Positions 10,888 to 20,124 are shown, counted from the stretch's first letter. The stretch is 64,000 bases of DNA from Gemmatimonadota bacterium (GCA_038153405.1 JAYOYH010000020.1:1-64000), one strand, 5' to 3'. Translations and numbers: made by a program. The notes: generated by a model not told the origin, from the letters alone.

Positions 10888-10958
10888 TTTATAGTTCCAT
10901 GGAAACATTATTTTCACACCCGAGCGCCCAGGGTGACTCACCTAGTGTCCAGGAAACA

Positions 10959-10974
10959 AGCAAGGGGCATGCCT
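10959..10974 (-). promoter_or_regulatory. Putative sigma54 (-24/-12) promoter of the LRV gene
   Basis: Minus strand AGGCATGCCCCTTGCT: GG-N10-GC with TTGC, in the short hprK-LRV intergenic gap. Confidence 0.6.
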
Positions 10975-10981
10975 ACACCAT

Positions 10982-11920
10982 TTAAGGCGTCTCTTTATTC
11001 ATCGACTCCAACAGGCGTTTATTCAGTTCGCGGGCAGCGTAATGCCCATCGGCGCGCAGCAAGTAGTCCATGGCAATGGCTTCGACAATGACGGTGATAT
11101 TCTTACCCGGGAAAAGTGGAATCGTCACTTCGGGAAGTTCGACACCGAGGACAACGGTAGTTTTGTCTTCTATGCCCACTCGTTCATAGGTCGCATTATC
11201 GTCCCAATCGGCAAGTTGCACGACGATCTCTACCCTTTTCTGCCGACGGGTTCCGCGCACGCCGAACATCTTTTTTATATCGAGAATGCCAATCCCGCGG
11301 ATTTCCATGTGATCGCGCAGTAGGTCAGAGCTTGTACCAACCAAAATCCCCTGCGACTTTCGCGTAATATTGACCGCGTCGTCGGCAACGAGTCGGTGCC
11401 CGCGTTCGACTAGATCTAAACCTACTTCACTTTTGCCTATCGCGCTGCGCCCCATAAACAGCAGGCCAATGCCGTGTACATCGACCAGCGTCCCGTGCAC
11501 CGTGACCTGCGGGGCAAATACATCGTCTAAATAGAAGTGGAATAGGTGAATCAACCTGGCCGTTTCAAACTCTGAGCGCAGCAGCGGCACCGCGTATTCC
11601 TCAGCCAGATGGCGCATCTCCGGTATCATCCGGCCGCGACCGGTTATCAACACGCAGGGCACATCGAATTGATAGATTATTTCCAGCGCTTGACGCCGCC
11701 GGGCGGGCGGTAAATTGCGCAGGTATTCCATCTCTGTATTGCCGAGAATTTGCAGCTGATCTACCGTGAATAGCTCGACAAAGCCCGTAAGAGCCATGCC
11801 CGGTCGGTAGGTATCGCTGTTATTTATAACGCGATCCAGCCCGTCGTGCCCTGCGACGACGCGCAACCCCAGCATATTCCCATAGGTTTTTAGCAACTTC
11901 CGAATAGATAGTTCGTTCAT
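10982..11920 (-). CDS. hprK: HPr kinase/phosphorylase
   Basis: 'RPGMALTGF', 'VHGTLVDVHGIG', Walker A GRSAIGKSE, 'RGHRLVADD', 'MEIRGIGI', 'PGKN'. Confidence 0.96.
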   Translation of the reverse strand: MNELSIRKLLKTYGNMLGLRVVAGHDGLDRVINNSDTYRPGMALTGFVELFTVDQLQILGNTEMEYLRNLPPARRRQALEIIYQFDVPCVLITGRGRMIPEMRHLAEEYAVPLLRSEFETARLIHLFHFYLDDVFAPQVTVHGTLVDVHGIGLLFMGRSAIGKSEVGLDLVERGHRLVADDAVNITRKSQGILVGTSSDLLRDHMEIRGIGILDIKKMFGVRGTRRQKRVEIVVQLADWDDNATYERVGIEDKTTVVLGVELPEVTIPLFPGKNITVIVEAIAMDYLLRADGHYAARELNKRLLESMNKETP

Positions 11921-12819
11921 AGGACAAGGCTTTCCATAATCCGTGCATAGCTAGCATAGCGCAGTTTGGACAGAGTGCCGCTGGCCAGTGCATCGCGCAC
12001 GGCGCAGTCCGGCTCGCTCAAGTGGGAACAGTTGCGAAAGCGGCACGCTTCGATAAGGGGTTTGAATTCGGCAAAAAAGCCGGCCAACTCGCCTCGCTCT
12101 ACGCCGCACAAATGCAATTCCTTTATGCCCGGGGTATCGGCTACGTATCCCCCTAAGGAGAGCGGATAGAGCTGGACCGCTGTCGTCGTGTGGCGTCCGC
12201 GATCGTGCTGGGCCATAATTTCGCGCGTGCGCAATCCCAGATCGGGTTCAACGCAGTTGAGCAAAGACGATTTGCCGACGCCAGACTGACCCACAATCGC
12301 CGACTCCCGCTGGAGAAGAACCTCACTAAAGGCATCGAGCCCTTCTCCCGAGCTAGCGCTGGTAAATAGAACGGGGTAGTGTAATTCGGTGTAATAGGCC
12401 AACTGCGATCGGACGGTTCCGCTGCGGTCGAGGTCAATTTTATTGACTACGATTAACGGGCGCAGGTTGCCGCGCAGGGCAGAAACTATGGCGCGGTCGA
12501 TAAAGCCGGGACGCAGAGCCGGCTGTTTGGCCGAGACGACGACGACGAGTTGTTGGATGTTTACTGCGACGATCTGCTCAAAGGGCTTGGCCCCGGCGGA
12601 GGCGCGGGTAAAATGGGAGGTGCGCTCGCCTACGCGTTCAATAACCAGTCCCGGAGCGTTGGTTTCGCGAGCCAGTTCGACCCAATCTCCGGCAATTACG
12701 GGAGAATTGCTCGTGCGCGCCCCTTCTTTGAGCCGTCCGCGCATGCGGCACAGCTCTCGCCGGCCCTCCACTTCTACAAGGCAGTTTTGACCGGAGACTC
12801 TGAGGACGCGCCCTCGCAT
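11917..12819 (-). CDS. rsgA: Ribosome small subunit-dependent GTPase A
   Basis: Circularly permuted G motifs NKID, GQSGVGKSS, GRHTTT, DTPG; Zn motif CRFRNCSH..EPDC. Confidence 0.97.
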   Translation of the reverse strand: MRGRVLRVSGQNCLVEVEGRRELCRMRGRLKEGARTSNSPVIAGDWVELARETNAPGLVIERVGERTSHFTRASAGAKPFEQIVAVNIQQLVVVVSAKQPALRPGFIDRAIVSALRGNLRPLIVVNKIDLDRSGTVRSQLAYYTELHYPVLFTSASSGEGLDAFSEVLLQRESAIVGQSGVGKSSLLNCVEPDLGLRTREIMAQHDRGRHTTTAVQLYPLSLGGYVADTPGIKELHLCGVERGELAGFFAEFKPLIEACRFRNCSHLSEPDCAVRDALASGTLSKLRYASYARIMESLVL

Positions 12820-12829
12820 GCCTCTATGC

Positions 12830-13564
12830 TCATTCCCCCTTGCTCAAACGCTCTATGGTAAAGTGGGGAAAGTCGAGCTCGCGCATTTTCTCCTGGGTTC
12901 GCTTAACAGCATACTCAACCCGCTGCAGTTCGACTCGATGCTGATCCGTGTCTAAAATCGCGTAAGCGGCGCGCCAATCGCCATCGCGCGGCTGGCCAAC
13001 GCTGCCGGGATTGACCAGATACTGATGGGGTCCGATAGCTACTATCGATGAAGTTAGAGGCACGGCGCGCGCGCGCATCTTGCAATAGATTGCCGCGTGG
13101 TGGGTATGGCCGACAAAGGCTATCTTCTTCGCCATATCGCCCATGCAGCGGGTAATTTTTGAGTGCATATAGAGGGGTTCCCATTCGTCGGGATATTGGG
13201 GATTGGCATGCGAAAAAACAATGTCGCCCATCGCCCCCCTACCTTCTATGCACAGGGGCAATTCGCCCAAAAAACTGAACTCCTCTTCGCCGAGGACCTG
13301 GCGCGTATGTATCAACGAACTGCGAACCGTGCTATTAAAGGCGCGTATCATGGCCGGATTGAGCATGGCCTGATCGTGGTTGCCCAAAACGGTTTGCGCC
13401 TCCACTTCACGCAGGCGATAAATGCAGCCGAGTGGGTCGGGACCATAGCCGACGATATCCCCTAGGCAAACGATATCGCCTATGCCCTCGCGACCGATGG
13501 CAATGAGGACGGCCTCAAGGGCCTCGAGGTTCCCATGGATATCGCCAAGTATCGCTACTTTCAC
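12830..13564 (-). CDS. Calcineurin-like metallophosphoesterase
   Basis: DIHGN, GDIVGYG, GNHD, GHTH, NPGSVGQPRDG motifs. Confidence 0.9.
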   Translation of the reverse strand: MKVAILGDIHGNLEALEAVLIAIGREGIGDIVCLGDIVGYGPDPLGCIYRLREVEAQTVLGNHDQAMLNPAMIRAFNSTVRSSLIHTRQVLGEEEFSFLGELPLCIEGRGAMGDIVFSHANPQYPDEWEPLYMHSKITRCMGDMAKKIAFVGHTHHAAIYCKMRARAVPLTSSIVAIGPHQYLVNPGSVGQPRDGDWRAAYAILDTDQHRVELQRVEYAVKRTQEKMRELDFPHFTIERLSKGE

Positions 13565-14469
13565 GTAGACTGCTCAGCTTGTTCAGATGAAGCTACTGGT
13601 GCTTTTTTTTTCTTGGTTGAGCGCTTTTTGCCTGGAGAATTCATCTTTTCGTAGACAAACTGAATAATGGCTTTGCGCTGTTCTTTTTCAAAGGGCAGAA
13701 ACTTCATGTGCAAAATGTGGATACCCCGCTCCTCATCGTTATCGATGCGTTGAATTTGGGCGCAGATGCCATCTATAGAAAAGGGAATGCGCGGCGAATC
13801 GCCGGTAAAGCGAACAATATCTCCCTGCGAACCGTTGAACTTAGGGCTGGCCAATAGAGCCACTCCCCCGGCACTCACATCGCTTATTTGCACGCGGTGC
13901 CGCATAAAATGCCCACCGTCTATAAGCTCTTTAGCGGTCACTAGTAAGTTGGCATCGCTGGAGTCGCCAGAGCGAAATAGCTGTTTTTCTATGGCTTCGT
14001 GGGAGACGACTTCTAAACGCGCATTCCACGAACAAGGAACCCTGGCCACTTGTCGCCGTTCACCGTCGGCCGGGGTCCACAATTCCTTGGCTGTGGCCAG
14101 CTTTTTACGGGCAGAGCTGATGAGGATATCCAAGCGACTATCGAATGACAAGCCGCGCTGAATCGCCCGATCGACGGCCGTATCAAAGAGGCTCAGCGTG
14201 CCCAAGAGGCGCGCCGGACTTTTCATGCGCGCTTGGCGAGCAATAAGGGCTATCGCGTCCGCTTGCTTCTTGGTTAGGCCGCGCGCCTTGGCCATCTGGT
14301 AAAATATATCCCAAGAGGCTCTCCTACCCCTTGCCCGATCGCGCAAAATGCCAATACCGCGAAACAGCAACAACAGGACCCCTAAGACAAGAATACCGCC
14401 ACCGAATAAGTAAATGTGGTCGTAATTGACCTCCGATATGCCCAAATAGGGATTGGCAGCAAGCATCAT
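13561..14469 (-). CDS. Membrane-anchored PilZ-domain (c-di-GMP-binding) protein
   Basis: N-terminal TM; 'ERRQVAR' (RxxxR) and 'DVSAGG' (D/NxSxxG). Confidence 0.78.
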   Translation of the reverse strand: MMLAANPYLGISEVNYDHIYLFGGGILVLGVLLLLFRGIGILRDRARGRRASWDIFYQMAKARGLTKKQADAIALIARQARMKSPARLLGTLSLFDTAVDRAIQRGLSFDSRLDILISSARKKLATAKELWTPADGERRQVARVPCSWNARLEVVSHEAIEKQLFRSGDSSDANLLVTAKELIDGGHFMRHRVQISDVSAGGVALLASPKFNGSQGDIVRFTGDSPRIPFSIDGICAQIQRIDNDEERGIHILHMKFLPFEKEQRKAIIQFVYEKMNSPGKKRSTKKKKAPVASSEQAEQST

Positions 14470-14478
14470 AAAACCGGT

Positions 14479-15417
14479 CTAATTGAAAAGCGCGCTAATC
14501 GAGGTTTCATCGTGAATGGCGCGAATGGCCTGGGCAAAGAGCGATGCCACAGAACAGACGGCAATGCTATCGGCAGCATTTTCTTCGGCCAAGGGTATCG
14601 TATCCGTTATGGCTAAGTGATCTATGCCGATCTGCACAAGGCGCTCAATCGCTCCATCGGCCAACGTGCCGTGCACGCAGCCAGCGCGAATGGAACGCGC
14701 GCCTTTGTCCATAACGGCGATGGTTCCTTCCATTGTGGAATTACCCGTTATGATTTCGTCGTCAAAAAAAATGACGTGGCGATCCTTTACGTCGCCAATC
14801 ACCCCGTGCACGCGCACCTGACCATCGGATCCTCGCCGCCGGTCGATAACGGCCAGAGGTAGGCCCAATCGCTTGGCATAGGTTTCCGAAACTTTGGCTC
14901 GGCTAATATCCGGCGCGGCGACGACGGCCCCCTCAATGCCCATGGCAGCATAGTGATCGCAGATGGTCGGCACCCCGCTGAGCTGATCGACGGGAATGCG
15001 ACTAAACCCGACAATTTGAGGGCTGTGTAAGGTCATAGTCAAAATGCGATCGGCACCCGCCTCGGTAATCAGGTCGGCCATTAGTCGTCCGGCTACTGAT
15101 ATACGCGGCTCGTCCTTGCTATCGGCCAGCGCATAGGGATAGTAGGGCAATACGGCCGTAATCCTTCCGGCCGAAGCGTATTTGAAGGCATCCAAAGCAA
15201 TGAGCAATTCCATCAAGTAGTCGCTTACGGGCGGACAAGAGGTCTGAATAAAGAACACATCGCATCCGCGCACATTTTCGCAGATTTTGACTTTAATGTT
15301 CTCGTTGCTAAAGCAGACGTATTCTATCTGACCCGGATCAATGCCCAACTCGGCGCAAATTCTCTGCGCCAGTTGGGGATTGCTCTGCCCGGCAAAGACT
15401 TTCAGTTGGTTGCCCAT
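14479..15417 (-). CDS. prs: Ribose-phosphate pyrophosphokinase paralogue (divergent)
   Basis: 'FSNENIKVKICENVRGCDVF', 'ASAGRITAVLPYYPYA', PRT motif 'FFDDEIITGNST'; start moved to MGNQLKVF. Confidence 0.85.
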   Translation of the reverse strand: MGNQLKVFAGQSNPQLAQRICAELGIDPGQIEYVCFSNENIKVKICENVRGCDVFFIQTSCPPVSDYLMELLIALDAFKYASAGRITAVLPYYPYALADSKDEPRISVAGRLMADLITEAGADRILTMTLHSPQIVGFSRIPVDQLSGVPTICDHYAAMGIEGAVVAAPDISRAKVSETYAKRLGLPLAVIDRRRGSDGQVRVHGVIGDVKDRHVIFFDDEIITGNSTMEGTIAVMDKGARSIRAGCVHGTLADGAIERLVQIGIDHLAITDTIPLAEENAADSIAVCSVASLFAQAIRAIHDETSISALFN

Positions 15418-15427
15418 AACGCTTAGC

Positions 15428-16096
15428 CTACAGCATTTCGAGTTCAGTGCGCGCGCGAACGGCAACCGGAAAGCGCGGAAACTCCTCTATGACGCTTTCT
15501 AGCAATTGGCGCTGTTTGTCTCTATTGCCGAGGTGGGCGTAGCATCGAGCCGCATTCATTTTGGCCATTGCAGCCAGCGATGTTCCGGACCGGTTTGCAG
15601 CAATTTCTTCGTAGCGCTGTGCCGCTGATTCGTACTGACCCTCTGCTTCTAAGCAGGCGGCTAGCCCGTTTTGCGCGGCGTTGACCAACACATCAACCGC
15701 TTCGTAATCGGATAGATAGAGCTGGAAGTAGCGTTGGGCATCGGCAATACTTCCCTGAGAGAAATGCAGATTGCCCAACAGGATAGCCCCCTTTGCCGCG
15801 GCCGGGGTGCCGCCATAGGCGGTCAGCAACTGCTCGCCGAGGCGAATCGCTTCGCTGCTTTGGGCCGATTGTTCTGCTATGAGCATATCGCCCAGCAGAG
15901 CGGCGGCCTCTTCTTTGGCCAGCTCCTGCGATTCGACAAAATAGTTGACCGCAAATAGGGCTACCACTAAGGCTACGGCGCCAACGGCAAAAGCCTGCGC
16001 GCGATCTTGTACATACTGCACGGCCCCCACCAACCAGTCTACAAATTCGTCATCGCGCAGCTCATCTTTATCCAGTTTTTGATTTTCTTTGGCCAT
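15428..16096 (-). CDS. Membrane-anchored TPR protein (YfgM-like)
   Basis: 'ELRDDEF' N-terminus, single TM, TPR helices. Confidence 0.75.
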   Translation of the reverse strand: MAKENQKLDKDELRDDEFVDWLVGAVQYVQDRAQAFAVGAVALVVALFAVNYFVESQELAKEEAAALLGDMLIAEQSAQSSEAIRLGEQLLTAYGGTPAAAKGAILLGNLHFSQGSIADAQRYFQLYLSDYEAVDVLVNAAQNGLAACLEAEGQYESAAQRYEEIAANRSGTSLAAMAKMNAARCYAHLGNRDKQRQLLESVIEEFPRFPVAVRARTELEML

Positions 16097-16111
16097 TTAA
16101 ATCCGTCCTGT

Positions 16112-16630
16112 TCAATAAGTAAGTAGGGCTTGGGTCTCTATCGAGGAATCGAGGCGTTCCCTTCCCTGCAAAAAGCTCAGCTCCATGAGGAAGCTTATAC
16201 CCGCTATATCGGCCCCTATTTCAGCCAGGAGCTCGCAGGTAGCCAACATCGTGCCCCCCGTTGCCAGCACGTCGTCCACGACGAGCACGCGCTGGTTGGC
16301 AGCGACGGCATCGGCGTGTATTTCAACGGCATCAGTGCCGTATTCCAGCGCATACGCTTTCTGCAAAGTAGCAGCCGGTAGTTTTCCTGGCTTGCGCACA
16401 GGAACAAAACCGCAGCCGAGCTGGAGGGCAATGCCAACGCCGAATATAAAGCCGCGCGACTCTATGCCTACAACAGCTTCAATACCGGCGGTTTTAAAGG
16501 GCTCGGCCATGCACTCGATCGCCTTGACCAAGGCGGCTCCATCTGCTAAGAGCGGGGTAATATCCTTGAATACAATGCCCTCCTGGGGAAAGTCGGGCAC
16601 ATCGCGGATCTTGCGAAATAGGTCTTCCAT
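16112..16630 (-). CDS. apt: Adenine phosphoribosyltransferase
   Basis: 'PDFPQEGIVFKDITPLL', 'ESRGF', 'RKPGKLP', 'LEYG', 'VDDVLATGGT'. Confidence 0.97.
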   Translation of the reverse strand: MEDLFRKIRDVPDFPQEGIVFKDITPLLADGAALVKAIECMAEPFKTAGIEAVVGIESRGFIFGVGIALQLGCGFVPVRKPGKLPAATLQKAYALEYGTDAVEIHADAVAANQRVLVVDDVLATGGTMLATCELLAEIGADIAGISFLMELSFLQGRERLDSSIETQALLTY

Positions 16631-16631
16631 T

Positions 16632-16907
16632 TCAGTAGTTCACCTCAAATGTATCACAGCGCTTCTGGTAAGGCTGCCAGGCCACATCGCATTGGTCTAC
16701 GCGACTGCCTGTAGGCCCCTGCCGCAGGAATAAGATCAGGTCTTTAAGCTGTTTTTCTTCGCCCTCAGCGTGGACCTCAACGCTGCCGTCTTCCCGGTTG
16801 CGAACAAAACCACACACGTTTAGGGACCGTGCCCTGCCTAAGACAAAATAGCGAAAACCGACGCCTTGGACACGTCCTATTATGCGTGCGCTGATGGCTT
16901 TTTTCAT
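16632..16907 (-). CDS. acyP: Acylphosphatase
   Basis: 'GRVQGVGFR', 'GFVRNREDGSVE'. Confidence 0.95.
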   Translation of the reverse strand: MKKAISARIIGRVQGVGFRYFVLGRARSLNVCGFVRNREDGSVEVHAEGEEKQLKDLILFLRQGPTGSRVDQCDVAWQPYQKRCDTFEVNY

Positions 16908-16941
16908 GTTAGGTTACATAATTTTATTTATGCGATATTGC

Positions 16942-17103
16942 CTAGAATAACGCGTAAATAAACGGCGCTGCCGCCGAACCCTGAGTCATTACGATCAATA
17001 ATCCCAACAGAATCAGCGTGGTAAAAATGGGGCCTAACCACCATTTCTTGCGCACTTTCATAAAATCCCATAATTCGCGAATAATGCTAAGTCGACTGGG
17101 CAC
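16942..17103 (-). CDS. Small membrane protein, DUF5989/SxtK-like (53 aa; not in ORF track)
   Basis: Read manually: GTG start after AAAGGGA; MPSRLSIIRELWDFMKVRKKWWLGPIFTTLILLGLLIVMTQGSAAAPFIYALF; RKKWW..P and APFIYxLF are the family signature. Confidence 0.85.
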   Translation of the reverse strand: MPSRLSIIRELWDFMKVRKKWWLGPIFTTLILLGLLIVMTQGSAAAPFIYALF

Positions 17104-17123
17104 GAGTTCCCTTTCTCGGACAA

Positions 17124-18062
17124 TTAGATAAGGCGACTGACGGATTCGCCGTGGTGTATGGCTTTGATAGCATCGCCAAAGATACGCGCAACCGAGAGCA
17201 CCTCGATCTTGCCCCGGGGCTTGTCTTTGGGCAGGGGTATCGTATTTGTAGTCGCGAATATTTCTACCGGCGATTCGTCGATGCGTTCGAGAGCGGCTCC
17301 CGAGAACACGCCGTGCGTGCAGCCAGCCAGAATTCTGCGCACTCCCCGCTCCTTCAAAATGCGCACAGCTTCCATCATCGACCCCCCGGTCAGCACTTCG
17401 TCGTCAAATAGCAGTGCATCGCGCCCCTCAATTTCGCCGATAATATTTTGGATCACCGCTTTTTCGTCGTCGGCGTGACGCCTCTTGTCCATGATCGCTA
17501 GCGGGAGATCGAGGCGGTTGGCATAGGCGCTAGCCTCATCGGCACTGCCGACGTCAGGTGAAACGACGACTGCATTGCTCATATCCTTGGTCCGCATATA
17601 ATTGCAAATCAAGTTCGTCGCCCATAGTTGGTCGACGGGAATGCGCGCAAAAGCTACAATTTGCGGCGAGTGCAGGGTCATGGTCAAAATTCGATCGGCC
17701 CCAGCAGTATGCAATAAGTCGGCCACTAGGCGCGCACTAATCGAAATCCGCGGTTCGTCTTTTTTGTCCGATCGAACATAGGGATAATAGGGCAAGACGG
17801 CGGTAATGCGCCGCGCGGAAGCATATTTCAAGGCATCGATTATCAGCAAGAGTTCCGTCAGGTTGTCGTTGACCGGCGAGCACGACGTTTGCACAACGAA
17901 TACGTCGTCTTCGCGCACGTTCTCTTGAATCTGCACCTTTATATTGTCGTTGGGACTGCGTTTTATGCTAATGCGACCCGGCAATATATCGAGGTAATCG
18001 CAAATTTCCCGTGCCAACTCGGGGTTGCTCGATCCTGCCATTATTTTGAGATAGTTCTTCAT
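17124..18062 (-). CDS. prs: Ribose-phosphate pyrophosphokinase
   Basis: 'PYYPYVRSDKKDEPR', 'VSPDVG', 'DKRR', 'FDDEVLTGGS', 'THGVFSG'; start moved to MKNYLK. Confidence 0.93.
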   Translation of the reverse strand: MKNYLKIMAGSSNPELAREICDYLDILPGRISIKRSPNDNIKVQIQENVREDDVFVVQTSCSPVNDNLTELLLIIDALKYASARRITAVLPYYPYVRSDKKDEPRISISARLVADLLHTAGADRILTMTLHSPQIVAFARIPVDQLWATNLICNYMRTKDMSNAVVVSPDVGSADEASAYANRLDLPLAIMDKRRHADDEKAVIQNIIGEIEGRDALLFDDEVLTGGSMMEAVRILKERGVRRILAGCTHGVFSGAALERIDESPVEIFATTNTIPLPKDKPRGKIEVLSVARIFGDAIKAIHHGESVSRLI

Positions 18063-18130
18063 GAGGAACGCTCTTGCTCTGCTAAGAAATAGATGGGATC
18101 CAAGATGGAGTAAGGACCCGGAACGAGTTC

Positions 18131-18159
18131 TTGACAAGTGAGTGATCGCATGCTAATTT
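18131..18159 (+). promoter_or_regulatory. Putative sigma70 promoter of the RHH/PIN operon
   Basis: TTGACA-N17-TAATTT with TG extension; overlapped by an imperfect inverted repeat TGAGTG...CACTCA (possible operator). Confidence 0.6.
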
Positions 18160-18196
18160 GCGCCACTCAGACCGAAGAACGAGACGGCGAGTGACC

Positions 18197-18454
18197 ATGG
18201 CACGTGTTAACATTATGCTGCCCGACGAGCTCTTAGGGCAAATCGATCAGGTGGCAAAAGATGAAGGCGTAAACCGCAGCAAGCTGCTCCGCCTTGCCGT
18301 ACTGGCCTATTTTGACCACCGCGAAGATCTCCTCGAGCGCGAACAGCGGCGCAGCGAGATTCGCGCCGCAATGGAAATCCAGGACAAATTGCGCAGAGAG
18401 GTCGGTCCCTGGGATGCGCTAAAGGCCCTGCGCGAAGAACGCCAGAAAGCATGA
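18197..18454 (+). CDS. CopG/RHH ribbon-helix-helix protein (VapB-like antitoxin)
   Basis: 'ARVNIMLPDELLGQIDQVAKDEGVNRSKLLRLAV'; ATGA overlap with the PIN gene. Confidence 0.85.
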   Translation: MARVNIMLPDELLGQIDQVAKDEGVNRSKLLRLAVLAYFDHREDLLEREQRRSEIRAAMEIQDKLRREVGPWDALKALREERQKA

Positions 18455-18879
18455 TCCAATACGCCCTCGATACATCCATTCTTCTGCGCTGGTTTTCCCT
18501 ACTCCACGATGCCGATGCCGACCGCGCCCTGCGCCTGCGCGAAGAGCATCAGGAAGACCGAATCGAGCTAGCCGTATTGGATACGGCCCTCTGCGAATTA
18601 TCGCACATTCTCAAAGAGGCCAGCCACTACAATCAGACCGACGTCACCGATGCGCTTGCTAGCCTCGAGTATATGCACATCAAGATCGTCCCCTACGACA
18701 TGCCCCTCGCCCAGCGCGCCACGCAAATCGCCTTTGAACACGATATCAGCGTTCCGGCTGCTGGATTTGTCGCCCTAGGCGCGTGCCTACGCTGCCAGGC
18801 CATTACCTGCGACCGACTGCTCTACGCAAAAATTGCCTCTCTGCCATGGACGCTGCTGCTGGGCAATGCCAATATCTGA
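18451..18879 (+). CDS. PIN-domain protein (VapC-like)
   Basis: 'ALDTSILLRWF', 'CELSHIL', 'ITCDRLL'; coupled to the RHH gene. Confidence 0.85.
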   Translation: MIQYALDTSILLRWFSLLHDADADRALRLREEHQEDRIELAVLDTALCELSHILKEASHYNQTDVTDALASLEYMHIKIVPYDMPLAQRATQIAFEHDISVPAAGFVALGACLRCQAITCDRLLYAKIASLPWTLLLGNANI

Positions 18880-18885
18880 CGCGGA

Positions 18886-20070
18886 TCAAACAGCGGCCAA
18901 CGCTTGCTCAATATCGCCGATTAACACTTCGGCTTCTTCAATTCCCACCGCATAGCGCACCAGTTCGTCTGAAATCCCAATCGCCAAGCGATCTTCGCGG
19001 CTCAGATCGTAATACGATATGGTGGCCGGATGCGAAACTAAAGTTTCGACGCCGCCCAAACTAGGCGCAATTTGCGGCACTTTTAGGGCGTGTATAAATT
19101 GCTTGGTCTGCGCCAGATCGCCATCGATTTCAAAGCTGATTAAGCCGCCATAACCGCGCATTTGCTCTTTAGCAATGGCGTGATCGACGTGGCTTTCCAG
19201 ACCGGGGTAAAACACGCGGCGAACTTTGCTGTGTCCTTCTAAAAAGCGCGCCAGCGCAAGGGCCGTTTCGTTTTGCCGGCGAACGCGCAGTTCCATTGTC
19301 TTCAAGCCGCGAATCAATAGGTAGGCTGTATTGGGATCGGTCGTGGCTCCCGTTACGCGCTGAAATTCGCGGATGGCATCCACCAATGGCTGTGCTCCGC
19401 ATATGACGCCCGCCATCAGATCGTTGTGCCCGCCCATGTATTTAGTGGCGCTATGTATGACCAAATCTACTCCAAAGTCCAACGGCCGCTGGTTGATTGG
19501 CGTGGCCAGCGTGCTGTCGATAATCACTTTGATGCGCTGCTCTTTGGCAAAGGAGACCAACTCATGTAAATCGAGGACGTGCAGATGGGGATTGGTCGGT
19601 GATTCCGAAAATAGAATGCGCGTCTCCGGGCGCACGGCAGCGCGCAGTGCGGCGCTATCCCCCGGTTTTACGACGCTGGTTTCAATGCCAAACTTCGCTA
19701 GGCTGCGGCAGAACTTTGCCGTCATCCGATAGCAATCTTCCATGATGATGACGTGTTGCCCGGATCGCAACATGGCCAGTAGTACGGAACAGATGGCGGC
19801 CATGCCCGAAGAAAAGAGCAACGCGTCTTCCGCCCCTTCCAACGCGGCTACTTTTAGCTCGGCTACGCGCTGGGTCGGGTTGCCGTAGCGAGCGTATTCA
19901 AACGCATTGCGCTCGCCGGCTTTAAACGCCTCAAATTCATCGAGCCTATCAAAGGTAAAGGTCGCCGTTTGGGCAATCGGCGCAATCAGCGACTGGGCAT
20001 ATCGACCGCGCTCTTCCCCTCCGTGCACGGAGATATAGGAAGCATTATACGTATTCTCTTCGGTGTCCAT
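18886..20070 (-). CDS. metB: Cystathionine gamma-synthase (Cys/Met PLP family), plant-type
   Basis: 'YARYGNPT', 'SSGMAA', 'ESPTNP', PLP lysine 'HSATKYMGGHND', 'APSLGGVE'; EDCYR and SYYDL as in plant CGS. Confidence 0.75.
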   Translation of the reverse strand: MDTEENTYNASYISVHGGEERGRYAQSLIAPIAQTATFTFDRLDEFEAFKAGERNAFEYARYGNPTQRVAELKVAALEGAEDALLFSSGMAAICSVLLAMLRSGQHVIIMEDCYRMTAKFCRSLAKFGIETSVVKPGDSAALRAAVRPETRILFSESPTNPHLHVLDLHELVSFAKEQRIKVIIDSTLATPINQRPLDFGVDLVIHSATKYMGGHNDLMAGVICGAQPLVDAIREFQRVTGATTDPNTAYLLIRGLKTMELRVRRQNETALALARFLEGHSKVRRVFYPGLESHVDHAIAKEQMRGYGGLISFEIDGDLAQTKQFIHALKVPQIAPSLGGVETLVSHPATISYYDLSREDRLAIGISDELVRYAVGIEEAEVLIGDIEQALAAV

Positions 20071-20124
20071 TTGGAGGCAGATCTCGCGAAAATAAATTGA
20101 TCGAGTGAAGGATGGACGAAACCG

